Assembly (NCBI GenBank): GCA_002633005.1
Contig: NMRA01000313.1
Location: 124,001-188,000 of the forward strand
Reading direction: 5' to 3'
DNA length: 64,000 nucleotides
DNA from: Phoronis australis
Taxonomy: Eukaryota > Animalia > Phoronida
Positions 39,944 through 52,351 of the stretch are shown one piece after another (within the stretch, counting starts at the first letter, position 1; every line of letters begins with the position of its first letter). Under the pieces are notes generated by a model that was given only the letters and a program-made list of their open reading frames with translations, was not told the DNA's origin and did not search any database. The translations under genes were made by a program, and so were the position numbers.

Positions 39944-42866
39944 AAACAAGAGAAACGCGGAGCGTTGAAATGCGTCCACGAATGTATCGCATGCAAACGG
40001 CGTGCTTGTTTATGTGTCATAAAAATGGCCACTAGATGGCGCAAAAACACACAATCCATCCGAAAATGGGAACATGTCATAGCTTCTTTAATAGAAAGCT
40101 ATTCGACAAATTTCATAGAAAACTGTCACGGAATTTCAGAGAAACAAAGGAAAACAGAACAAGAACAACGAGGAGCGTTGAAATGCGCTCACGAATGTAT
40201 TGCGAACGGTGTGCTTTTGGGGTTATTTATTTGTATCATAAAAATGGTCACTAGACGGCGCAAAAACGTACAATCCATCCAAAAACGGGAACATGCCATA
40301 TTTCATAAAAATCTGTCAAGGAACTTCAAAGAAACAAAGGAAAAAAGAAAAAATGAAATTGTCACTTGTGGGCACAGCGTCCGTTCCATCCGCCTGCAAG
40401 TCGTCGTCTGATAACTTCATATAAATTCACTTACTAAATTTAATAGAAATCCTGCATCGGGTTTTGGAGACAAAGCTATGGGCGCAAAACAAAACAAAAC
40501 CAACACGAGGAGGCGCCACAATAGTAAATCGCCATCACCAAACGTCCTCTTCACACATATACGCCAATTTTCAAAACCCACCCTAGAATGATTTGGTTGA
40601 TCGAGGGGTGGACGCCAAAAAAGATTTGAAAACAGGAAAAAAGTGGCCACCAGGTGGCGCAAAATAACTCGATTCCATCCAAAACCAAGATGATAGCGTC
40701 ACTTCTGTTGAGGACCTTTGAAGATAAAGACTGGTAAACGTAAAAAACTAAAATTGCCACTAGGGGGCACACCACTAGTCAGATCCGTCCGAAAGTCGTC
40801 GTCATCCATTGTCAACATCATATAAAATATACTTGCTAAATTAAGTAAAGATCCTGCAAACGGTTTAAAAGATACAGCCATGAGCGCAAAAACAAACTGC
40901 AACTAGGAGGTGCCACAGTAGTCAAACTCGTCGGAAAATCGGAAAATAGTCGTCAGCCGTCCACTTCATAGTAATAACATACATGCAAATTTTCACAATT
41001 ATCCTGAAAGCGGTTTGGTTGATAGACGCCAAAAAAACAGACTCGAAAGCAGTAAAAATGGCCACTAGGTGGCACACTAGTAGTCAATCCGTCTGAAAGT
41101 TGTCGTCCTTTGTTGTTACCATCATACATTTACTAAATTTAGTAACGGTCTTGCGAACGATTTAGGGGATACAGTCACAGGCGCAAAAAACAAAACTGCC
41201 ATTAGGAGGCGCCACAGTAGTCGAAGTCGTTGGAAAATCATCGTCAGCCGTCCACTTTATAGTAAAAACATACATGCCAATTTTCACAATCATCCTTTGA
41301 GCGGTTTGGTTGACAGAGGGGTGGACGCAAAAAACTGTATGAATGGCCACTAGGTGGCGCAAACTAGGTCAAATCCACCTGAAAACGGGATGATAGCGTC
41401 ATCTCACTAATAGGTGCCTATAGACTAAATTTTTTGAAAATCCGTTCAGGACTTTTGAAGATACAGAGGTAAACGTAAAAAACTAAAATTGCCACTAGGG
41501 GGACACACCGGTAGTCGGATCCGCCCGAAAGTTCGCTCATGCCGTCCCATCAACGAAAGGAACACATGTGCAAATTTTCATGAACATACGTCAAGGTGTT
41601 TTGGAGATAGAGCAGCGGACGCCGGAAAGACGCCGGACGGACGGACGGACGGAGATGACGGCATAATGCGTCCACATATAAATGTGTGGAGGCATAATAA
41701 AATGAAATTGCCACTAGGGGACTGTTCATTGGATCCGTCTGAAAGTCGCCATTGTCTGTTGTTAGCTTCATACAAATACACTTAACAAATTTAATGAAGA
41801 TCCAGCAGTGGGTTTAGGAGACACAGCTATGGGCGCAAAACAAAACAAAACTACCATTGCAGACGCGACAGCAAAACCATCCTTAGAATAATTTCGTTGA
41901 TAGAGGGGTGGACGCCAAAAACAGACACGAAAACAACAAAAAAAGGCCACTAGGTGGCGCAAAATACCTCGATTCTATCTGAAAACGGGAGGATAATGTC
42001 ATCTCACCAATAGATGCCTGTATTCAAAATTTTGTGAAAATCTGTTGAGGGTCCTTGAAGATACAAAAGTAAACGTAAAATCTAAAATTGTCACCAGTGG
42101 GCACACCAGTAGACAGATCCGTCCGAAAGTCGTCGTTGTTCTTTGTCAACATAAATGCACATACTAAATTTAGTAAAGATCCTGCAGACGGTTTGGGAGA
42201 TACAGTCATAGGCGCAAAAAAAAAACAAAGCTACCACTAGGAGGCGCCACAGTCGTCAAAATCGTCGAAAATCATCGTTAGCCGTCTACTTTATAGTAAG
42301 AACATGTACACTGTATGCCAATTTCCACAATCATCCGAAGAGTGGTTTGGTTGATAGAGGGGTGGACGCCTAAAAATAGACTCGAAAACAGTAAAAATGG
42401 CCACCAGGTGGCGCAAATTACGTCGAATCTATCCGAAAACGGGAGGATAGCGTCATCTCACTAATAAATGCCTACATTGTACATGCCAAATTTTATGAAA
42501 ATACGCTGAGGACCTTTGAAGATTAAGAGGTAAGCGTAAAAAACTAAAATTGCCAATAGGGGGCACACCGGTAGTCGGATCCGTCCGAAAGTTGCCGGAT
42601 TAGTCGCTCATGCCGTCCCATCCATGAAAGGAACACGTGTGCAAAATTTCATAAACATACGTCAAACGGTTTTGGAGTTAGAGCAGCGGACGCCGGACGG
42701 ACGCCGGACAGATGCCGGACGGACGCCGGACGGACGCCGGACGGACGCCGGACGGACGCCGGACGGACGCCGGACGATTGCCGGACGGACGCTGGACGGA
42801 CGACGCCCTGACAGACGGAGATGACGGCATAATGCGTCCACATATAAATATGAGGGCGCATAAAAA
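39944..42866 (-). mobile_element. Composite DINE-1/HINE (Helentron-associated, pearl/Tsp-like) non-autonomous element with internal ~145-bp tandem repeats
   Basis: Minus-strand order: T-run, subTIR hairpin (two copies, 41666-41695 and ~42832-42861), GTCC-type microsatellite, tandem-repeat core, 3' subTIR (ATGCGTCCAC at 39970 on +), short hairpin AACGC-GGA-GCGTT (39954-39966), then the CTCTTGTTT terminus. The 3' block is duplicated at ~40157. Confidence 0.8.
42688..42812. repeat. (CGGACGGACGC)n / (GGAC)n microsatellite within the HINE
   Basis: About 10 tandem 11-bp units. A shorter copy lies at 41616-41652. Confidence 0.9.
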
Positions 42867-45800
42867 TGCAAGTACTCTGAAAACAGTAGGCCTTCAGTGC
42901 TTGGCGACATTGACGGAGTAAGTGAGATCGATGATAAAGGCAAGGACTCTACAGCAACGATGCCGAGTAAACGGCCGTCGGCATTGGCAATTAACGATAC
43001 TGACTGCCGCCATGCAGTGATGCAAGGATATAGTCGCACCAGCAATGACGACGACTCCGCCTATGATCATGACGACGTCGCCCGCTGTCACGACGTGATT
43101 TTTTCAGACAATTCAGTAGAAAAAAGAAACAATATTTAATGAAGCTTCCAACAATAACAAACGTTTACACACAAACACTAATAAGTTTCATAACTGGATG
43201 GGTAGACCACTCCCATGTGGCACCCAAACTAATATTACTGAGTCACAGAGTCCCGGCAGCTTATCATTTCACACAGTTCGTGTACAGTGCACTTACCGGC
43301 TTCTAGCATCCGACTTTGAACACCATCATCTTGCGGTCCCACTTTGTCCGCTGAATGTCACGAGTCTTCACTCATATCGACACAAACGTTCCGCTTCCTC
43401 TAAACAGCTTCAAGACACGTCTACATCGTGTCACGACTGGATCTTGACTGCCGCACCCAGGTCGAACATTTGAATGCACCCGGCCAACACAACAGCTCAT
43501 TTACATATACATGTAAATGTCCCAGCAACAATCGCAGAACACTGACACCGGCGACATAACAGACTACATTCACAATTGTCACACAACGACACCACCACCG
43601 AGGTCGACATCACCACCAACTACACCGTCCGCCAACAACAGACGTCTACTCTCGCTCACAACATCTACACCGACACTCTAAACACGTGTGGGTATCTTCG
43701 CAGTCTCAAATTGTCCCTCAGAGGTGTTTCGTATCTATTCAAGTGCAAATTTCAATCCTAACAGCAAACGGATATTACTTAAGAGAGAATGAAAGTGATG
43801 GTTTCTGCTTTACAGACCTAAAAAAACGTGCACGACGTCATTTTCAGTCCTGCCATTACTGGTGTACTGTTGACTTTTGTTTAATTAGTCATGGACCGCG
43901 AAAAGTTGTCGAAATAGCTTTTAAGCAAGTCCTGACTAAAGTACTATCTCGCAACGTCTAGTGCAGAGCAATTTACTTTCCCCTGTGAGGAAATTTCCCG
44001 AAAAATCACAAAATTCACAATTTTGAAATGCTGTGGTTACCAGAGAGTTTCTAATCTCCCCTCACTTATGATAAATGCCCGCATGCCCTCACAGTAAGTT
44101 GCTGGAAGACAAAGGTCACATTTTCATATAAGGGAAATGTACTACGCCTGTGTCTTCCCACACTAAACAAGAAGAGGTGCTTTGTCTTGTGGCGAGCAGT
44201 TGACAGATAGTGTTTTGAAATTTGAAAGTAAAAGAAAATGCTTTGATATGAACAGAAATTAAAAATCTTTACGAACAAACCATAAACATACCTGGTGAGC
44301 AGGTTGAATTCTGTTTTAGTGGCAGAGAACCACCTTAAATCTTGAAATTTAGTCTCTTTTGATAAATATCACAGGGATATCCCGAAGTGTTCGACGGTAT
44401 TCTCCATTTGAAGAGTCAAATGACTTGTTGCAAGATGAATTTTCACAAAAGTACATAATGAAACACCTCCGTGGAATAATTTGAGGTTACAAAACACCCA
44501 AATTAGTAACAGAAACTCAGCACAATTGTTGTCAGCATTGTGCTTTTAAATACTGACCAACTTTGCGATGAAATCATTTCACCATCTTCAAGGAGTACAT
44601 AGAACAACAACAAGCATGGTGGTACGTAACGAACAAAACTGACTTGTAACTCTTTTACAAGTCAGTTTTGGTTTAGTTGATTGTGTTACATCTAACCATG
44701 CTTGTTGAGGTTTGCTACACTCTATGAGGATGATGAAGTGAATTTCATCGAAACGTTGGACAAGTATATATGTAAATACACAATGCTGACAACAATTGTG
44801 CCCCCCCCCCTTCCCCCCAATCTTTTCAGTGTTGCGCCGTCCACGATTTATCAATATGATGCAAATCCTACACATAATCTGTTGTACCGTCACACGGCTC
44901 TCGCCAAATCAATTTTCATGCCTTCGCATGCGTTCTTTGGGAATTACCCTCCAGTGGAATATCTTTCAAGTTTCAGTGATAAATACGACCCATTGTTTTT
45001 GAAAAACTAGGCAAAGGAAGGAATAGTTTATAGTAACTGTCACAAACCGTCAAGCGTAGCTTGGGGCATAAATCGTCGCGAACAACACGGCGGCTGTTCG
45101 ACCGTTCACACATAATAGCATTTTGACCGAAAGACTGCTGGTTGAGCCTCACTTCAAACTTCGTAACACAACTTTGACAGATTCCACCTATTCAAGTGCA
45201 AAGAAGTATCATTGGTTTTATATCCGATTGAAAGGCAATGGTGTCTTTATTTTAAGAAAAGTGATAAACACTGAAAAATGTATTTTGATTTAAAAAATCG
45301 GCATGAAGCACGGAAAATCCAATTTCGAGGCATTTTGAAAACAAGAAATGCAAAGAATTGGGCGATGCTGCTCAGGATATTTTTCCCTTTCACTGTTCCA
45401 TTGAAAACGACATTTTAACCAAAAACGCAGCCACGTTACTACCAGGCTGGCACAAAATTGTAAATGGCATAAATAGATCTACCCGCCGGACTTTTCGTTT
45501 CACAGTACGTTTGCTTGCTTCTTACTTGAATACTTCAAGATGAAGACAACATTTAATTAGGGGTACGCATAACCTTAAAAGACTGGCATAGGTAAACGAT
45601 AAACTTTTATTATAATGTCCCAGTTCGTTTGGATTTGTACACCGTTGAACGCAAATCTCATCCAGATTCGAAAACCGGTTCTTGTGACGTATACTCGAGA
45701 CGTGTGTCGAACGTAAATATATAGTAGTAGTAGTGGTAGTGTGACATCATCTGCCGCCAAATGTACATGTGAATGGATCCGTTTTGCATATAGATGACTT

Positions 45801-47826
45801 TACCCGATCTGATACTTATTTAGTTCCATCTATTGATCGGTCTACAAAGCAGACGATGATTTGCTAAAGAAAATTTATGCAATTTTAATACGTGAAGTAG
45901 CGCTACCAAATGAGAAACATTGATGGATTGATTTTGTATTTGCATCTGAATGGTTCTTAATCACTTCGCCGATTCTTTTTGGGTAAAACGCAGTTGTGTT
46001 TGTAGTGTTGTCAAAAACGCAACTAAATTTTCCTCGATATATTTATTCAATATTCAATTCCCATGCGGGTCAAGTATAAGTTTCGAGTCACATTCATTGG
46101 TAAGATCAATTGATAGCACATTTCTTAAAATATTTTCAACATTTTTCAACCCATGGAAAACTGATTAAGTAACAGCTAACTCACACAGGGTATTTACTGT
46201 ATGCCAATACACCGTGACTAACAGCGTTCACTTTTCTACTTCAAAACTTCAACCACGGCGTGTTTTTGGCTTGATACTTGTTTTTTCGCAATAGTTTCAC
46301 AACAATACCTAATAGGACAATGAAATCACGACTTTTTAACAAAACAGCTTTTAATCACTTACTCGACTTATACAAGCAGGCTTGTCTTGTTTCTTTCTCA
46401 TATTAGGATTGATTTTTATGGTTGATAGCGGACCATTAAGTTCCTTACCACGCTGTGTCAATATTACTCCGGTGAAGGGGATTCCTATTGTAATTCAACC
46501 TAAGGATAAATTCGTAATGGCGTTGCTGTGGAAGAGCAAACGATAGTGAAGAAAATGCATGTTTTTGTCACTAGAACGGTTGATGGCGGTGTAAGAGTAT
46601 GTTGTTGTGAAATTGTTCGTACAGTACTATAGTATGAAATTCGGGACGGTCTAATTAAGTAACCGCCTCATTTTACATTTCATCCTAAATCCTATACAAT
46701 GTAGGTGGTGTAGAAACCAATATGGGTCAAAACTGAACCGTTCACTATGATGCAATGAATGAAAATCGTTGAGTTCTTGGTACCTTTGCACGAAATTGGT
46801 GAACCTTTGGTGACCGAATTTCAGGAGACTGGAAGAGTAGCACGTGCAAATAAAGGTCTTAGCCATCGACCCCTTTCTGTCAGAACTCTCTCCTCGATCA
46901 AGTGTGCCTCCGCACAATGTTTATTTTGTGAGAGAACAGTTGAAGGTCATTTTGGAGTATCTACGTAATCGATTAACTCGTTTTGTTGAAATCTGAAATT
47001 CTTGCGAGATACGGTGGTTTGATTTCTTCGAGGATTACTTCAGTCATTTTCGCAAGGGGCTTATTGTTCGAATAAGGTGGACCTCTGTGACTCCGAAATT
47101 TAGGCCTGTTAGTTTTGCGCTACAGTTCCAATGTTCCGAAATTTGGCTCCCACAAGTTCCATTGCCCCTCCATCAGGTATGGTATTCCTGCCAAAGTTTC
47201 GCCGGTAAGGTTTTTGTGTGGGAAGAACTGGAAAAATATGGAAGAATGCCGTAAACACTAAGTTAAAATATAACATATAAAATATGTTTAGCGTCTTTTG
47301 GATCACCCTGTTTTTGTCTCTCCGACGCCTCGGAAGTTTCTCGACATCTCACCTAGTCACTCATTTTTACGGGATTTGGCAAATCTGATGTGCAATATGC
47401 TTGAAAGGTAGAATATACGTGGAGGATCACATTACGGACATAACTGCTCGTCTGCGTTCCAAGTGCCCAATAACGCAATAAACCTTCACACTCATCAGTT
47501 TTGCAGCGTTTCCCTTCGCCTAACAAATGTCACGATAGCACAAACAATGTTACAAATAGTGGCGTATGCTATCTTGGTACCATTAAATTGCTCACATTCA
47601 TCACATTGCGACTAAAACATCTAGTACGCACACAGTTCAGTGCTAAAGTAACTGCGATTTCCGACCAAGTTCATACTTTTAAGCTGGTACAGCTAGACTA
47701 ATTACAAGGCAAAGATTACAAGGGATCTCGACCAGGTTCCTGGGGGAGATATTGTCGTGTGATATGCAGATTCGTGGATAGTCATTATCGACCAGCAGTC
47801 TTAGAAAATTAGCGACTATTAATCGT

Positions 47827-47938
47827 AAATCAAAGTCACTATTTGTCGACAGAGCGCATAATTACAAATCATAGAGCAGGCAAAAATCAAAGCCATTATT
47901 TGTCGACAGATCGAATAACTACTCATCGCAGAGCAGAC
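47827..47938 (+). repeat. 57-bp tandem duplication immediately upstream of the TM-protein ATG
   Basis: AAATCAAAG.CA.TATTTGTCGACAGA...AGAGCAG at 47827 and 47884. Confidence 0.75.
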
Positions 47939-47945
47939 GACCAAC

Positions 47946-48458
47946 ATGGCTGGAAGACAATCATGTCCGCCGAGACGTACACTGTCGGACATAGAAGATT
48001 CCCCAGACGATATCATGAACCAAGTCGAAGTGGGTCGTACGGCAACATTACCCCTGTCACCATCCGATGAGATCGAAACCGTTTATCGACCCCACGACTT
48101 CTTCTGCTTCGGGAAAATGGGTGTTCCCAGGGACGCACCCATTCTGTTGCGAATATCGTTGAACCTGGCACCTCTGAGCACCTTCGTTGCCTTGGTTGGA
48201 CTGGGAATCCTGATCCTCGGCTTGACCGTAATGGACGATTCTGAGTCTGCGGCAAACGTTGGATTTGCCTTTCGCATTGTTGGTCCAATTATTGCTGTGA
48301 CTGGAGTAGTGTTAACAGCAGTGCAGATTGTTCTGATATGCAAAGGAAAGCAATACATTAAAACCGGTTGGGAAACAGAGAAGGAACTCGACAAGGCCAG
48401 GCGAAAAGCCACGGAAAAATCCAAAATGTATGCTATGGCAGCGTCAAACATCATCTGA
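47946..48458 (+). CDS. Uncharacterised two-transmembrane protein (170 aa, single coding exon)
   Basis: Longest ORF in the window, with good Kozak context ACCAACATGG. Two hydrophobic helices (LAPLSTFVALVGLGILILGLTVM; FAFRIVGPIIAVTGVVLTAVQIVLIC) are joined by a short loop and followed by a basic tail. Confidence 0.8.
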   Translation: MAGRQSCPPRRTLSDIEDSPDDIMNQVEVGRTATLPLSPSDEIETVYRPHDFFCFGKMGVPRDAPILLRISLNLAPLSTFVALVGLGILILGLTVMDDSESAANVGFAFRIVGPIIAVTGVVLTAVQIVLICKGKQYIKTGWETEKELDKARRKATEKSKMYAMAASNII

Positions 48459-49597
48459 AGTGCAAACCATACATGGACATGAGTAATATTTAGTTGATTG
48501 GTTTTGTATTCAACCTAGAGGACACGCAAGCCTACCTGGACGATTTCTTTGTATGCAAACATATGAATGCGTGTACTGTAGGAACTAGAGAATTTGGTAA
48601 AACAGTTGCAGTGGGACAAACGTGATCATTTCGGATTTTGAATTTATGTCGGATTATAGCCTCTCCATTTCTCTAGTTTGTGATTTGCCATCTGGTACAC
48701 GTGTGGACGTACCACTGTGAAAGGATCAATGAAGACCAGTCTAAGTAAAACGGTAGCTTTGTCTAAAAGTACTCGGGCAATTTTGCATACGGGGGCTATT
48801 TAAAAAACATGTTGTTTATGGAGATCGCTCTCGTGGACGAGGGAGAAGACAAAGTCTCGAATGAAAAGAACCATAAGTACTTGATATTCACCCATTGATA
48901 CCTGCGAAATGAGGCTGAATCCATTACGGCGCATCAGAAATGCCATGGAAAATCTCTCGGAGCGGATGAATAGACACATCTCGGAATACCATATTGACAT
49001 TCTGCGCTATTTTGCACCAGTGCCGCTCATGGATATGATGGCACACTTCTCTGATTGCTGCCTCACTTATCACCTTATCGCTGTTTTACAAAAATAAGAA
49101 CTCGCTCAGCGTTTAGAACCTCAATCACCAGGTGGCGAGACTGTCTCGTCTATAAGTCGGCTTCCCTACAACTAGCTGTCAAACAATATTGGGGAATTCG
49201 ACGACATTTCGTGAGTTCGCTAAAAGTAATTCAAAAAAGAGACAATTTACGACAAAGGAAAACAAAAGAAGTTATTTAAGAGAGAAATGATCACTGGGCA
49301 TTGCCTTTGATGCAAGGCAATGTCATACTTTTTCCTCTCAAAATACCATACATGGTTAAAAGTGGAAATAATCTGAGTGGATCTAAGTAAATAGGACAGT
49401 AGTGGTGACCTAGGAAAAAAGGTTTTAATGCTACTAAAGTTTTGCCGTTGCTTAGAACTATTTGGCTTAAAAATGAATTGGCTCAATATAACGTTTATTT
49501 ACTCGTTCAACTCGGCTAGTAAGAATTGTTGCGCCTCAAATATGTCAGAAACTAGGTAAATGAATTGACTTCGCCGGTTCCACCAAGTCAGCATTCT

Positions 49598-50183
49598 CTC
49601 GCTGGTTCCCTGCGTGCCGCTAGGCAGCACGCAGGTAGCAGGCAATAGCCCGCGCTTTATCATTGATTGATGTAACCTCGGCAGTCATTGGTTAGCTTTA
49701 CAACAAAAAAATGGCGAACTATGAAGGGTTTTTAGCCTTGTCATGCAATTGGCGTTTCAGCAACTATTTTGTTTCTGCAGTAATGTTTAATAACCACGTG
49801 CTTGAAGCACATACGTGTACATCTGGCACATGCACGTCTGGCCCATTAAACTGGTGTGTTATTCATACTGTATGAGTACAGGACAGCGTCGTAAACAAAA
49901 ATCAGCGACAGTAGAAAGATGCATTCCAAAAAAGCGCAACCCGGCACAATTTTCTGGGATTCATATTTCTTGAACATGAATCTTAAGCACCGATTTGTCT
50001 GTACAACAGACCACATTTACACTTCCTCCATCAGTCATGTCAGTTTGTTTGCGTAAAGCGCTGAATGTTGAGGATTCGACCAGTCAATCAGAAACGCCGG
50101 TGTAGAAAGTTTTACCAATGAAGAAAAATTAAGTGATAACTGCGTGCTGGCTATTACCTAGCGGCACGCAGGGAACCAGTGAG
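49598..50183. mobile_element. Non-autonomous DNA transposon (MITE) with 27-bp TIRs
   Basis: CTCGCTGGTTCCCTGCGTGCCGCTAGG ... CCTAGCGGCACGCAGGGAACCAGTGAG (one mismatch), plus inner CAGCACGCAG/CTGCGTGCTG. Confidence 0.85.
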
Positions 50184-51173
50184 CTGCTACTGTACATGTT
50201 CATCAGAAAAAGTGCCATCTTCGTGTCAATAGAGAATGTGATCAACACCAACAGAATCCTGGGGTGTTGCACAAGCGCTGGCGATTCCTGAGCCCCCTAT
50301 CGGGAGCGAGCGCTCTCGATCGCTTTCGGCAATACACAGCTTAGAGTTGTGCAAGCGTAGCGCGTGCGCAGTACCGTGGTAGGAAGCTAACAAGCCGACT
50401 TTTTCAGTAATTGCGCTCTATGAAGGCGGGAAATAAAAAAACAGAGTTCTCTTAAAATAATAGGCATATGACGATAACGGCATTATGCCAACGTTACATG
50501 AATACTGCGGGCTGTTTGGACACAAAATATTGAAAGATCATTTATGAAAATAGCTTATATTATCCCTCGGATCTTAGCTTTGCTGCCACTTGAGAGTTGG
50601 GGTGATTGGTGATAGTAATAACTTGCATTGGGACATGAAGGCTTGAACTGAAGTACTATATACATGTATTTGTATTTTCTTTATATAGAGAACTAGCGAA
50701 CAATAAATATATTGATCATGGGCTGGACTTTGTGAAAACGTGACAAGCCTTGCAGTGCGCCGGATATTATCTGACAACATCGGCCTTTTACAATATGTAT
50801 GCTCCAGAATTGTGCATAGGTGGTTCTCGGGAAGATGGGCTTTTTGAGTCTTGAAAAAGTTGGAATGGTATTATTGCAACATTTGGGCAATCCATTGATA
50901 TCTTTCGATTTTGGAGGTGGGATTTAACATGCCCGTCCACTTTACATGGAATCGCTCGTGAATTGGTTTGTGTACTCAACCGTGGTAGACGAAGCCGTTG
51001 ACTCGAGTGTAGCTAGTTAGTTTTTAGAACTCAAGACGGTGTCTGACGTAATTTTAAGTTTTAATGTCATAACCTTGAGCAACGACAACGATTCTAAACG
51101 GTCACAAGTAAATGCTTTAATTAAATGAGTGCGCTGTCACTTAATAGCGAGCACTCATTTTAGGCTTCTGCTT

Positions 51174-51513
51174 CCGGTTTCACGAAACAGTCCCAAATAC
51201 TGATTGTCCCTTTTATGCTGTTTCAGACTAAGTCAGTTTGAGACTGTGATATAAATCGTTGAGTGAAGTCTACGTTAAGTTCTCAATGCTATTGAAAATA
51301 ATAGGGATCTTTTCATGCAACGCCCCTAATTTAAGGGCCAAGTTCTTAGTTATTAACGAATTTTAATAAAAAGGTCTCAGTTTTTATTTATATTATTAGA
51401 ATATGTCATTAGTAAAAGAGGAGCTCATAATCAAGATAAATGATAGAAAATGATAGATCTGTAAGTAAAGAAACTTAGTCGAGTCTTTATTTGGGACTGT
51501 TTCATGCAACCGG
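51174..51513. mobile_element. MITE with ~26-bp TIRs (PIF/Harbinger-like termini)
   Basis: CCGGTTTCACGAAACAGTCCCAAATA ... TATTTGGGACTGTTTCATGCAACCGG. An internal terminus-like copy TTTCATGCAACGCCCC lies at ~51311. Confidence 0.75.
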
Positions 51514-52323
51514 ACACTAGATAACACACCCTCGGCTACGGTACACCCTTAAGTCGCCGAATCCCAACAGAGGGCGTACTCTGCAACTGACGTCACTCGC
51601 CAGTCCACTTTAACCTCTTCTAATAAGACGCTCGCAAACGTTTAATAGTTACGCAATTACCCGATTGTGAACACATACATCAAAAAATATTGGTAAAAGA
51701 ACTGTCTGGTGAATTTTTTATTGCTAGCTTTTGAAGTGGCAACATCACGATGTAAAGATGTTGTTGAATGTGTTCAGAGGAAAGCACAGTCATGTTTTGC
51801 CATTCGCTAACATCAGACTGATCACGTGATCGACAAGAAGTCGCCTGACGCAGGCTTAGCCAAAATGGTATCCTTGGACATATGGGTCATTGATTTCCAA
51901 CATGTTGTTAAGATGTTGCTAAGTGCGCACAGGGCATGTTGCAAAATTATTGCAAAATTGTTGCAAAAATGTTCGAGAATAATCTGAATTGATTGTAGAT
52001 CCTGCATTATGTACTTCCTAGATGAAAATCTTAATGTAAACGTTTGAATGTAAGAAGAATGTCGTTACGTCTCAAAGATTCCGTGATAGCATGCATAAGC
52101 CCAATTCACGAAGCCTTGCGAATGTGAAACAAATGCGGGTGCGTTGTACAGGAAGGCGTGTAAATGTAAACCCGTTTCTGAATGAACGTAATGATAAGAT
52201 GTGTTGAAGTTTTCATAGATGAATTGCAATAACCTTGATTTATGTATGTACATGTATTTTACGGTTTCTTTCTAACCCCACAGTTACTGTATTTTGCTTT
52301 GATGTATAAACAGTGTTGTATTG

Positions 52324-52351
52324 TAGTAGTAGTAGTAGTAGTAGTAGTAGT
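52324..52351. repeat. (TAG)n microsatellite
   Basis: Direct reading. Confidence 0.9.

Noticed and set aside
39944-42866. Regularly spaced repeats as a CRISPR array
   Set aside because: The context is eukaryotic, the inter-motif sequences are themselves homologous (not unique spacers), and there are no cas genes.
39965-43139. Many 60-150 aa ORFs (e.g. 39965-40411, 42662-43045, RRTDAGRTPDG repeats)
   Set aside because: They are translations of the HINE tandem repeat and the GGAC microsatellite, with no protein-like features.
46651-47306. Coding-like fragments upstream of the TM gene
   Set aside because: Multiple stops and no recognisable motif.
48083-48454. 123-aa minus-strand ORF
   Set aside because: Antisense shadow of the 47946-48458 gene.
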